Under the pieces are notes generated by a model that saw only the letters and a program-made list of their open reading frames with translations, had not been told where the DNA came from and searched no databases. This document shows positions 12,339 to 25,511 of a DNA stretch of 64,000 bases, piece after piece. The stretch covers positions 338,140 to 402,139 of the forward strand of contig NW_003314353.1 of the NCBI RefSeq assembly GCF_000143415.4, written 5' to 3'. Position numbers and translations under genes: made by a program. This stretch comes from Selaginella moellendorffii (taxonomy: Eukaryota > Plantae > Lycopodiophyta). The stretch's first letter is position 1, and each line of letters starts with the position of its first letter.

Positions 12339-15300
12339 CTCGGGATATAGGAATACGTATATTAATTAGGGTTTAGGCCCCTGCTTATATACAAGAATGG
12401 ATGGACCAAATTTAGTACAGTCCATATATTTTAGTACTATAATTAGTGTATTACTTAGGCAAGGTAATACATATATATACATACATATATTTACAAACCT
12501 TACACCATTCTCCCCTCTGCAAGATGAAAAGGTGATAACAATAAATTAGGTAGAACATCTAGAGCTTTTATTAGCCGATTACAAACTATCAGAAGAATCT
12601 GAAGCTCCCACAAAACCACCAACAAAGTTGTTAATAACCATGACTGAAATAAAACCCAAGGCTATGGTATAAGCATTAATTGATTACGAAATTTTGATGA
12701 ATCAATTGCAATTTTGTATGCAACTGCCAAATGCTTAAACCAACCTTGATACCTCTTGTATTTAAGTCTACCTACCGATAATCCTTCAAGACCACCATTA
12801 ACTCGGATTTAGAACCATAAGTAGAACAACCATCATCCTCGTCCAACACTGCATATGGGAGGTTGAACTCACTTCGCTCATCCTCCACATCCTCTTTATC
12901 CTCTCCTTGAAGGAAAAAAAGTTTTGAAGCACTATCTCTATTCAGATTTATGGCGTTTGTCCTCACTCCACTATTTATGTTCGGCCTCACTTCACTATTG
13001 CATCTGTTTGGCCTCATTACGTCGGGGTTGAATGTTCCATTCAGATTTGCTATACTCATCCTCACTTCACAATCTATATTGTTCGTCTTCGCTCCACTAC
13101 CATATTTGCTTGTCCTCACTCCATCGTTAGGGCTAGACTCTCATCTATCCCCTCTACCCCCTTCTCCGAAGAAAAAAAAGTTTAAAGTGTCAAGGCAAAA
13201 AAGAGAAATTGAAAAAAATTAAGGAAAAACAATTGTGGAAGAAGAAAAAGTGAATAAAGAAGCATCAGAAGAAAAATTTACAGCAGTTGGTAATATAGAA
13301 ATAAGGAAATTAAAAAATGAACATGTGCTCGAATTTTGGAAACTAGAAGACTTCCTATCATAAAATATTTTGGCCACCACAATATAAGCAAAAGATTCAC
13401 ACCATTCAATCTCCTCAACTAGTGCACCTTATCTTTCTAACTAGAAAAGGGGCAATTGTTTAATAAAAAAACCCTCAATGGCTATTTTATCTCATTTATC
13501 CCCCAAGGTTCTGTGACAATATATCTAAATTTCATCCCATGATCATATACACTATACTTACCCCCTCTTAAAAAATGTCAATGCCCTCATTGACTACTGT
13601 GTTGAGCTTATCACTATGAAGACCAAGCGCAACAACTTGGAACAGGATTTGGAGAATACAACCACTTGAGGATAGACAATAGCTTTGTTATAAAAGAGTG
13701 ATGAAGAGGTAAATGTTTTATCTTGTGTATCTTCCCAAGAAGAGCAAAAGAAGGAAGCTTAGGTGCAATGGAGTTATATTTAAGCTTAGGCATCTAAAAA
13801 AGAAAGACCTGACCTAAGCAACACTCGTCATAAATACATGTGAAGTAGTTAAGAACAGTTATAAAATCATGTAGTATATAAATAACACTTACATATACTA
13901 GAAAAGAACCCTGTATGCATTTGCATTGAATTAAACATTTTTTCTCCTACTTATGATTATTTGTGCAAAATAGAGTTGAGAGAGTGACATATGCTTATTC
14001 TTACTCATGCCTTTAGGATTTGAGGTTGAGTTCTTTTCTATTCTCTTCTTTTCTTCTCTACGTTTTTGTCTCTATTTATTATCACTATTTTGCAGGTAGG
14101 GGTAAGAATAGAGTATAGGTAGAAAATTTTTTACTCACCATCCTTGCATTAAGTTGCCAAGCACAATGAGATGCATGTCTTTCCCCTACATTTATATTGC
14201 CTTGCACTAGATTTGCATATGGTGTCATTTGCATCCCAACCTTTTTTGGGGAGAAATAGCATGCCAAGATCACAATGGAAGAATGGGTTTGAGCTGAGTT
14301 CTTGTTGCCACAAACAAGCTGTGCATCATGTACAGATTCTTTTGTGTAGATTGCTATTCTCCCAAAACTCTCCCTTTCAGATCTTATTTCGTATTCCACA
14401 CAGATTAGAGTGTGTATCCCTAATATCTTGGGATAAGTATCCATTCATCGTTTAACTTATTCTTATTGTGAAAACCATCCATCCAAGCAAGAGATCATAA
14501 TAACTTGTAATGACTATAAGTTGGATTTGCTATTATCTTTATTAAGTACTAATCTATAAAGCACTAAAAGACTCTGAAACATATATACATACATTATTAT
14601 TCTTATTATTATTATATTTAGGTCTAGGTTCTCTTCTTTATTATATTTAGGTCAAATGCCATGTGGCCAAGGTCAGCCATAGCAGTAGGGCTGGCCAGCT
14701 AGGCATGACAATTTCATTTTGGGTAAATTATAGCAAGCTTGATTGGATAATTGCAGTAGCAACTAGTAGTGTGCTAGTTGACAATTGCAAGATCAACTGT
14801 GATAGGTTGACAATTTTGTTCATGATAACGAGAAACTCAATCTAGATTGTATCACTGTGTTGTCCCAGGCACTCTTTACTTGTTCCCAAGGGTCATTTCT
14901 CAGAATTGATGCTACTCCACCAAAAAATAAATTTCCAACCTTGTTTCTCTCTCTTGCTAGTAATTAATTGTTATACCTTTGGTGAACAATGTGATCATGG
15001 GAGCGACTTCTTGTGGTAGGCATTCTTATTAAGTTATTTCTTTCAAGCTTTGCCAAGAGTCTATGTAGTTTCTTACTGCTCACATCTTCTAGATTCTACA
15101 CAGCCATTAGTGGCTTCGACACTAGGTTTTGGAGTTAACCATTATAGTAGGAACAAGCAAAGCAACCACTAGCCTAAATTTATGCTCCATTTAGCTATTC
15201 CTATTTATTAAATCCTAATTCATAAATTTCCAAGTGAGAAAGACAGAAAAGGAGTAATCTTGTAAGTTTTATTTGAATAAATTTCAGGGATTTTTATCTC

Positions 15301-16126
15301 TGATTCTTCAATGTGCCACACTTGCAGTTTGGGGCTGTGGGCAGTCCACACTTTCAGTTGGTATGCACTCTTGATTTGACCAGGCACTCTCAGTTTGGGC
15401 TAGTCAAACCAAATGGTCAACTGAGTTTATATATGTACTAATAGTATTAGTAGGTTTTTTGAAATGGCTGTTGTTCTAAAGTAATAATAGTTTTTCAATC
15501 CCTTTTTTACTATTCAGCATATCAATAAAATTGAGTGCGGTTTGTTATAGCTATGGGCCCACTATTTTATCACAATAGACAAGGTTACTGTTAGGCACCA
15601 GGTCAGGATAATAGGATAAAGAAAGGGCCTTGCTGTCGCGAATGTGACTTTGGGTATCAAAATTTACCTGTCGGCCAGTCCTTACGGACACTCTTTCCTT
15701 ATTGCCACAACGGCAGGAGGTCGGTATTGCTGGGCCTGTTATCAGTCTCCGCCTAAGTTAGTTGAGAAACTGGTCTTCGCGTGTGCACTTGACTAGATGA
15801 GCATAAGAAAGGAATTCCTAAGTGTTTATTTAGTCAAATATACTTGATCTAGTTAAAGAAACTCATTTTTTGACTTGCACTTGCTAGTGTTGGGAACCCC
15901 CACGATATTGAGCTTGGTCCCTCAATATCGCTAGATGATAATTTACTGTGTCTGCCAAACACTCTCGCTATCATGCCCTTTGTGTTAGTTTCATTTTGGT
16001 CCCAAATGCTATTTATGGAAAGTGTCCAGATTTGCTCAATTGGCATATCTACGGAATGTAAAGATTGGCCTGAACACAATGGTGTTCGTCCCGTGTCCAA
16101 ATTTGCAATTTAATGACATTCCATAT

Positions 16127-17215
16127 TGTGAGCGACTAAATTTTCCATTCTACTTTCATCACTTAACCACACCACTGACCCCTTGGAGGAGTCTCATTCA
16201 CAACCTCCTTAAGTCCAATTCAGGACTTGGGACTTGTTAGTCCCGAGAATGGCATCCATGCCACTCCTCCTTTGCACTTGGTCCAAGTGCTCCACATATC
16301 CAGTCCCAAGACTGACACCCAAAGGTACCATTGACATATTGGCCCGTTACACTAAGGCCATGCCCATTCACCTTTGCTGCACTGGTGGTCCAATACCACT
16401 TGCATCACAATCCCATCTCTCCAAGACTGGGTTGTCCGTCCACGAGTGGTCATCCCAGATCCACTCCTTAGCATCCTTAGGATGCCCACAGACATGGGGA
16501 ATAGCCTTCCCCAACATCCCTTTGTCAGTTCCTGCCAAGTACCTTTTCCGTCCATGGCCATGTTCACCAACACTGCCACTAGATCAAGGCCCGCAGGCCC
16601 GGCCACTAAGTCCCATTGTCCTCTGGGACTTCCTCACCATGTGACCGTATCTATAGTCACTACACTAGAGGACTGCTCCTCCTCCTTTCCCCTATTTGGG
16701 ACTTCGGGACAACATTTCGGAACACGGTGGCCTTACGCGAGCCCCGTGGGTACTCTCCCCACCTTCCGCCTTTAGGTGCTCTAGCCATGGACTTAGAGCG
16801 AGGTTCCATTGAGCCACACCAGGTATCCAAGTAGGTAGTGCCACCCACACTTGGATTGGGAGCATCGGCCAGTCGATCTCTCGGGGGAACTAGAGCCGGC
16901 TCTTGAACACTTCACCAAGCTACCACGCTTGTCGGTCCGTATTCACTCTAGTCTTAGACTTCCCAGTGGTCAGTTCATCACCCAACACTGGGTCTGGCCT
17001 TCCTGGGCCAAACTGGCCTTTCCTGGCCAAACTGGCTCCACTGCAATCCTCCCCCTTACTATACTTTTGGAGCTCACCAAACCCCCCAGGGTCTGGGAGA
17101 CAAACGCTTTGGGCTTTCACCCTCTCAGACTTGAATTCGGACTCGGACTCGGACTCGGACTCGGACTCGGGCTCGGGCTCGGGCTCGGTCCCGGTCTCGG
17201 CCTCGGTCCCGGTCC

Positions 17216-17250
<35 letters not shown>

Positions 17251-17725
17251 CCGGTCTCAGTCCCAGTCTCGGTCTTGACCTCAGACTCCATCTTGGTTCC
17301 TTCTTGAACTCCATCTCGGATTCCATCTCGGGTCCATCTCGGACTCCATCTTGGACTCATCTTGGACTCCATCTCGGGTCCATCTCAGACTCCATCTTGG
17401 GTCCATCTCGGACTCCATCTCGGTCCATCTCGGACTCCATCTCGGACTCCACCTCGGACTCCAACTCGGGTCCATCTCGGACTCCATCTCGGACACTTCC
17501 ACATGTCATGTGTTGGTCCTTTTGGGTCCCTTTTTGGAGCCTCGCTTATTGCTCGCTTCATGCTCGTTCCTTGAGCACTCTGTTGGGAGTTCCACTCCTG
17601 CTCTCAACCTTTCAAGTCGGAGCCTTTTAGTCCAAACGTGTTACGCTCGTTTGGCTTTTGCTTCGGCCACTACCACGTGGCACCCTTTCAGCTCCACTTT
17701 GGGGCTTAGGGATTTGTGTCTCACA
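16127..17725. mobile_element. Solo LTR, family B (1599 bp), inserted in the family-A 5' LTR
   Basis: Termini TGTGAG...CTCACA, perfect TSD CATAT (16122-16126 and 17726-17730), absent from the 3' LTR of the host element. Confidence 0.9.
17136..17495. repeat. CTCGGN hexamer and CTCGGACTCCAT 12-mer minisatellite within LTR-B
   Basis: Directly visible tandem arrays; homologous arrays at about 32600-32931 and 33930-34540. Confidence 0.9.
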
Positions 17726-20700
17726 CATATTTAGTAAGTTTTGAGCTTATCCCAGAGACCAACTCTTGATACTAAGGGAGGCTTGGGGTGAAAGCCCAAA
17801 GCATGTGTTCTTCAAGCAGGGGGGGGGGAGGGCTGTGGGGGGTTCAAAATGTATAGTAGGGATAGTGGGTAAGTTAGGCATGGCCAACCAACCTGAGGCA
17901 CAGTCTGGCTCCCGTTTGCATGCCTGTCTTTGTTTTGCGTTTGGCTTGGGTCTAAGCCCAAGTTCCATTCCATGCTAGCTGGTGGAGTACCTATATCCTT
18001 GCGTTAGGCCACTAGTATGCCAAAATAGTGCCAGACTCCGTTTGGCTCCGTTTTGTGTGCTGGTCCTGGCATTGGGATGTTGGTTGCTCCCAGACTGTTC
18101 CAAGTCGCTCTGGGCTCCTGTCCCTTCGCTCCTTGGGCTGTATACTCGAGAGTTGCTCCGTGGTCCGGTTCTATCACTCCTTGGCTCCATGCTTGGGAGT
18201 TTGGCACCGTTCCTTCATTCAGTGGGCCAAGGCCCTGAACCTTGAGTTTTGCACCATTGTCCTTTAAACATGTGGCATATGACATGTGGCATATATCACG
18301 TGGCATAAAGAGGGTTTAGGTTCCACTTTGTGGTGTTATCCTATGGAAAATCACCATAGGATAAAGGGTCAAAACCATGTGCGCTACATTTGGTATCAGA
18401 GGATGAGTCTTAGCGAGTACTATACAATGAGATTGGGCAACTAGTCTTGTTGCATACGCAAAGATAAAAACAATGATCCGAGTGGGTACATATTTGGGTG
18501 CAAAGGCTTCGCAATTGTTCCTTAGGTATGGAGTTTGGTTACCTTGTTGTACCTTATAATGTGAGCTTGCTCTTGGGCTCATAAGAGGGATTGAGTTGTT
18601 CCGTTTGCACGAGTTTGAGCTTGGGCTCGTGAGTGAGGCACATTAGCAACTCGAGGATACACTTTGAGTTGGCAGGATTAATGTTAGCCTATCGGTGGTC
18701 CATAAGTTGTTCCAATAGTTCCGTGAGTTGTTCCATGTACCGTGGGTAAAAGCAAACCTTTCCTGAGTTTGCTATGAGTGGCAAATAGGCTGGTCTGTAG
18801 CTGTTTAGCACGGCACTAGTGGATCCTTCCTAGGCATGGTTACAAGTGGATCAATCAAAGACTATAGGGATTAGTCTATTGGTTCAAGTAGTCATTGCTG
18901 TGCTCTCTCATAAATTTTTCTTGGATTGGACTAAAGGCAGTGCAAAAGCAAGCTTGAGGTTTAGTCAAAGATGAGACCGAAAAAAGAGTCGTCAGGGACG
19001 AAGGATCAAATACGTAAATCATTTTCTCTTCTTGGAAAGATGATTTGCAATGAGGTGTTAACTCATTACTTGTGTTCATATTATGCAATCAAGAGTTCCT
19101 ACCTTGATGCATCTTGGAGATGATGGTCTTACAAATGGTGAGTTGTGGAATGGATAATGACGAAGTGCTAAACCATTTTGTCTAGACTTGCTATTGGAAG
19201 ATTTGGGTTGCAATACTCAATTCTTTTCCGAGAATCTTGCTATTGCTCTGGAGTAGCTTAGTGTTGGATTAGTTTTGAGTTTGGTCGGAAAGAGAGTGGC
19301 ATGAGTTTGTCTGTGTTGTGAACAAAAGTTAATGGTGTTGGGTGTTGTAATTCTCTATTGGTGGAGTGTGGCATTTATGTTGCATTTTGTCGAATTGAGT
19401 TGACACTTGATATTCAAATAAAAGTTTGAAGTAATGACATAAGCATTGCTCATTGTGTTGCTCAATTGATGATCAAGTCATTGTGATTATTATATCATAT
19501 CCATGTGATAATGAGTAATATGTTTACGAAGTTGCTTGGTTAAACAATGATCAACCCCAAAGTGGTTGATGGAGAAGCTAGTCTACTTGCACGTAGTAGC
19601 ATTGTAGTAGCTTTGACTAAATTCTCGATGGTGGTCTATTATGCTAAGCTTGAGTTGGTATGTTATTTCCTTGAGGGTTTGCCCATTATGTGTTGGAAAA
19701 GGGTTGTAGCATTCATTTGCTATAGCTTATCGGTTGATCCACTAACACTTGGAGTAGATTATTGGATGGAGAAGATGTGTAATTGAGGCATTGACATTGC
19801 TAGCACTTGTGTTAGTGGAAGTGGCATTGTTGTTTCGAGTGATGAGGATTTTCCTTAGAGCTTGAATTTCCATGTCATTTTTCTTGTTAGTGTTTTGGCT
19901 TCACATTGTATCTTAAAGGTGATTGAAGAAGAGTGTAGTGCAATGTGGATATTTGAAGATGTGATCTTCGTGATCAAGCCTTGGATGTTTATTTTGCATT
20001 TTACGGATGTTGGTGTTAGATGTTGGATATATGGGCAAAAATATGTTCGATGCTTAAGCATATTATGAGTCTTGAAAATCTGTGTTGAGGTGAACCTTTG
20101 TGAAGTTGTAGGTAAAAAGAAGTTGGTTGAGTCTTGAAAGTTTGTATTCTTAGACCGAGAGTCATTCTTTTTCTAGGATGGAAAATTTTCCACAAATTTT
20201 TTTAAGCTTTTCTAATGGTTGATCTATTAGTCACTTTGCTCGAAAACCATTCTGTTTTCGTAAGCTAATACAAACTAGTGAAAGGGTTGGAGTTGACTTC
20301 GGTTAACTTAGACCTTAGTAGGCAATTTGTATGATGCGACTCGAAAAGGGATGCTGACTTTAGGGCTAAGGCAATTGAATTGGATAGAGTCTGGAGTTGG
20401 TGTAGAAAAGTGGCCATTGCGTTTTTCTAGAAAGGTGACTCTTGTGCCTTTCTTCTGTAGCATTGTGCTTGGTGGCAGGTTGCACCTTGCATTTTGTTTA
20501 TGAGAGTAGTGAGCTTTCACTGATCTTGACTTGGTCTTGGTGGCCTTGTGCCTTGGCTAAGGATGGTGATGTCCAACTTAGTTGTTTGCAGTTGAGATGT
20601 TGGTACCTATACTATAGCTTTGTCTAAGTGGAGGTTGTGTACCGATATGAGTCCATCTCATGGTCTTCACTTTAAGTTTCAACTAAGTGTTGGTCATGTA

Positions 20701-23700
20701 TAGTTAGCCTCTTCAAGGTATGCTCAGAGCTATTGACTAGATATGGTTGGTGAGTTTATCACGGTTGAGTTGGATTTGAGTGGTCATTTAATTTATGCTT
20801 GTCCATGAAACTTTATCTCATACCTGGGGTATTATGTTTATATTGGACAAATGTATGACTCAATGGCACGAGTGTAGTGTTTGGGTCTTATGAAGGTAAG
20901 TTGAAAGAGTAATTGTTAGTTGTTTTGCAACTAGTGATTACTTATAAATTTTGTCGAGAGACTATTGACACTTGCTTCACTCGATGATGATTTAGCAGTG
21001 ATGGGTTCGCTTTACCGGATGGTATTGGGGAGGATCGTGTCGTTAAACTTACATGGTTTTTCCATGTTAGCATATTATCGATTCTACCTCTATCGATATC
21101 ATTTGGTTACGTTTAGTCTATGGTGTTGGATTTCATTGAGTCTTGGATGTGGTGAATCATTCTTTGAAGAAGTGTTATCTGTAGCTGAGTATTATTGAAG
21201 AATTGGTCTCGGATACTAGCTAAGGTATCTTCGACTTTGGTTAGCTTAGTTGCTAGAGTGTTTTGAGTGGTGATTCACTCTTGCTTTCTTCTATCTTTGT
21301 TATGGTGTTGATGGCATCAAAGTGATGCCTTGTCATTGATATTATTGATGTTGAGATTCAAGTGAGATGAAATGTCTATCCTTAGGATTGATATTGAGTT
21401 TCATTACTCTTGATAGAGATAGTGTTGATGGTTTGGTTGTAACTTTGTGTTATTAGCATTCGTGCATTTGCTAGTTAGCAACTATGTTGACGTTTAAATG
21501 AACTGAGTGGCAAATTTGAGTTAGTTGTGTTCTAAACGAGATTATTTAGTAGGGGTTGAGCTTTGGTTTTTTGTTAAAAAGTGGTTTAGTCATGGACTAT
21601 ACTAACTTTACGAGAGGAAAAGTTCGTGATTGGTATTGAAGTGTTTGAATCCTTGCTGGATTTGAATTGGGATATATCAATCATTGATGATTTTTTTTGT
21701 ACTTGTTATGAAATAAATTACATCTTGCTATAGATGGATTCATGGAGGATCGGTTAGATGATTACTTATTGAGCATAACTTCGTTATGCTTAGCTTTTGG
21801 ATTGATGCAGACATGCTCTTCATTAACTTTGGCATTATGAAGTTTAGCTTATGGATGTGTTGAAGAGGATATTGTGGGTTGCACCATGATTTCTTCTTTA
21901 ACATTGAAGTTAGTTCATGCAAGACTCGTGATCATTGTTAAACAAGACTTGGCTATAGGCTTCTTTAAATTTTTGATTCTTTGAGTTTTCATGCTCATTG
22001 TTTCATTTGTTAGAAGTTGTTAAGGAAGGCATTTTTGCTCATTAGCTTTGATGTTGAAGGTGGCTTTTGCATATGGAAATCATTAGTGATGATTGACTAT
22101 CATCTAGGATAGTTGATTATTTTTGTCAAAAGGTTTTGCTTGATTGTTGTTGATATAGAATGATTCACTATTCTTTGGGATGGTAGATTGTTTCTTCGAT
22201 AATAATTATGCATATCTTTATTGGTGGGATGATTGATATTCTTTCATGATAGTTAGTTATTCTTTTTGATGGCTTATGGCTTTTTGCAATACTACATGTT
22301 TTATATGGTTTGCTCTGGATTGATCTTTTGGGTTTGAGACATCGATAGGATGTTGCTAACACTTGCTTAAGCAACTTGAGTTCCTTAGTGTTGTTGACCG
22401 AGATCTATTCAGATTGGCTGGTGCGGTGGTTGGCATGATTAAGTGTTTGTTGGTCTTATCACATTCATTCTATTATGTTGGTTGTTGCTTGAGTTAGTTC
22501 TGATAGATTGGGATGTTATTTCCTTCGAGTGATACATTCGCGATCTTTCTTGCCATTCAATGATACTTTGTGTTCTTTGAGTTATCTTTAGTAAATTGTT
22601 GGGCATACTATCTACACTTTTTAATAGTTAAATTATCTCATTGAGTTTTTTTGATGATACACTTGCTATTGAATTTTGTTGAATAGTGAATCCTATGTTT
22701 CCAAAAAACATGGTGATCTTGGTGGTTCCTATACTATAATACTAGTTTATCGGATGATAACTTACTTGGAATACTTTTGTGTTCTAATCTAAGATGTATT
22801 CACTGATAATTAAGTCTCTAAGATATCATTGTCTATGACTTTGATATTGTCCATCTATTGATCTTTGAGTTTGGGCTAGTATAGGCAGATTAGCTTCGGC
22901 ACTTCGTGTGTATAGTGAAATCTTTAGTCATGAGGTAGCTACTGTCGATTGGTCACATCACCCACCTCTCTGTTGATGTTCTTTATTCCGTTCAAAAGGG
23001 CGTGACCGTGTAAACAACTCTAACTACCTGTTTACAGTAGTTTATCTAAACCTTACTGACGGGTTTGGTTTCTTTGCTCAGGAGGGTTGGGGCCTTTTGC
23101 TTCTCTCTCTATGTTCCTACGGCAGGGGTGTATCACACTTTTGTAAGCTGGGTGACTCCCAGAGCAGCACAGGTGGCTGACTCCGTTGGTCATTTCCTTG
23201 TTGGCGACGGCTGGAAGGTGTCTGAGCTGGTAGTGTATCTGCGTTAGACAAAGAGATTACCTTTAACTTATTTAAGTTGGTGCATTTCTCACATAGTGTG
23301 AGTACCATGAACTTTTTCTAGAGTTGTTTTCTTGGCGGTATTCTAGACTTGAGTATGCATCAACGAGGACGTTGATTTTCCCAAGGGGGGGAAAGTGTCG
23401 CAAATGTGACTTCGGGTATCGAAAGTTACTTGTCAGTTAGTCCTTATGGACACTCTTTCCTTACTGCCACGATGGTAGGAGGTCGGTATTGCTAGGCCTA
23501 TTATCAGTCTCCGCCTAAGCTAGTTGAGAAACTAGTCTTCGCATATGCACTTGACCAGATGAGCATAAGGAAGGAATTCCTAAGTGTCTATTTAGTCAAA
23601 CATACTTGACCTAGTTAGAGAAACTCATTCGTTGACTTGCAGTTGCTAGTGTTGGGAACCCCCGCGATATTGAGCTTGGTCCCTCAATATTGTTAGATGA

Positions 23701-25511
23701 TAACTTACTATGTCTGCCAAACACCCTCGCTGTCATGCCTTTTGTGTTAGTCTCATTTTGGTCCCAAATGTTATTTATGAAAAGTGTTCAGATTTGCTCA
23801 TTTGGGATATCTACAGAATGTAGAAATTGGCCAGAACACAATGGTGTTCGTCCCGTGTCCAAATTCGCAATCTAGCGCCATTCTATATTTAGTAAGTTTT
23901 GAGCTTATCCCAGAGACCAACTCTTGATACTAAGGGAGGCTTGGGGTGAAAGCCCAAAGCATGTGTTCCTCAAGCAGGGGGGGGGGAGGGTTGTGGGGGG
24001 TTCAAAATGTATAGTAGGGATAGTGGGTAAGTTAGGCATGGCCAACCAACCTGAGGCACAGTCTGGCTCCCGTTTGCATGCCTGTCTTTGTTCTGCGTCT
24101 GGCTTGGGTCTAAGCCCAAGTTCCATTCCATGCTAGCTGGTGGAGTACCTATATCCTTGCGTTAGGCCACTAGTATGCCGAAATAGCACTAGACTCCGTT
24201 TGGCTCCGTTTTGTGTGCTGGTCTTGGCATTGGGATGTTGGTTGCTCCCAGACTGTTCCAAGTCGCTCTGGGCTCCTGTCCCTTCGCTCCTTGGGCTGTA
24301 TACTCGAGAGTTGCTCCGTGGTTCGGTTCTATCACTTCTTGGCTCCACGCTTGGGAGTTTGGCACCGTTCCTTCATTTAGTGGCCCAAGGCTCTGAACCT
24401 TGAGTTTTGCACCATTGTCCTTTGGACACGTGGCATATGACATGTGCATGTGTCACGTGGCATAAAGAGGGTTTAAGTTCCACTTCGTGGTGTTATCCTA
24501 TAGAAAATCACCATAGGATAAAGGGTCAAAACCACATGTGCTATACCTACAATCAAGTGATCACCCTTTTAGCCAGTTGGCTTAAGATGTAAGGGATAGG
24601 ATCCTAACATTGGTATTGGAGCCTAGTTCGATTCTCATGGCTGACGTGTGGGGCAAGAATATTCTGAAGGAATATTCAACATGGTGGATCTAGAGGGAGA
24701 ACCAAGGTTTGGTAGACCCTAAGAGAAGGACCATGGTGACCAGAGGGTGGCCTAAGTATGATCACGGATGATCATTCCCTGATGAGGGGAGGATTGTTAG
24801 GCACCAGGTCAAGATAATAGGATAAAGAAAGGGGCAATTAAGTGATCACCCCTTTAGCTAGTTGGCTTAGGGTGTAAGGGGTAGGATCCTAACAGTTACC
24901 TAGCTCATAATCATCATTCTCCACATGGGCAAGTGAACCATCTTGTCAAATGTAAAGAGTAGTAGATCAAGAGTCTTTTGCACTATTTTGATAACTCAGT
25001 AAAGATTACTAGGTAATTTTGTGTGATGATTTCAACTTCTTATTTGAGCATTATGTGAATCTTCTTATACTGTTGGTTGCTTATCAAAAGAACCTTACGC
25101 TAACATCATAGTTCTTTGAGCTTTTAACCTTATATTTCAATAAGTAGGCAAGGGTGCTTCTTTCCCACTATGGGACATTGGCCTATGCCAAGTAGCCCAC
25201 ATCACCACCATCTTTATTTTGCTTTAGATTTTAATGTATAATGTTTTTAATTAAAATTTATATTTTATATTCACATATCATGGCATTTGTAACTATTCCA
25301 ATGCATGCTAGACTATTGCCTAGTTCATTTCTAGAGCACTCACAAAATTATTTATTTTTTTATGTGTTATAAACATGCTATGCTTATTGAATTTTTCCTC
25401 AACAACAAAATAAATAAAGTTTAAATGAATTATAATAAAATAATAAGTTTAATTCATGTTTATTTATAAATATTTTTTATAAACTAATTTAAAAAGATAA
25501 GAATCTTTAAA

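Larger units (their letters stand above)
15634..24545 (+). mobile_element. Non-autonomous LTR retrotransposon, family A (LARD-like)
   Basis: 5' LTR 15634-18388 (TGTCGC...GCTACA, contains the family-B insert); PBS TGGTATCAGAG at 18391; about 5 kb of ORF-less internal sequence; PPT AAGGGGGGGAAAG 23383-23395; 3' LTR 23396-24545 (1150 bp). Degenerate TSD CTTGC/CCTAC. Confidence 0.9.
15589..24894 (+). mobile_element. TRIM (miniature LTR retrotransposon) with its 5' LTR split by the family-A insertion
   Basis: 5' LTR = 15589-15633 + 24546-24609. Met-type PBS-like TGGTATTGGAGC at 24611, 185-bp internal region, PPT GATGAGGGGAGGA, 3' LTR 24795-24894 (TGTTAGG...CCTAACA). TSD GTTAC at 15584-15588 and 24895-24899. 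Confidence 0.9.

Noticed and set aside
11720-12376. Long YI/YM-rich ORFs
   Set aside because: Translations of the microsatellite.
12772-13222. Short ORFs with CCTCACT-type repeats
   Set aside because: No supportable homology; probably decayed TE sequence.
16851-17630. GL/ET/PR-repeat ORFs in LTR-B (also 32436-32964 and 33655-34657)
   Set aside because: Open frames arise from stop-free hexamer arrays; no recognisable domain.
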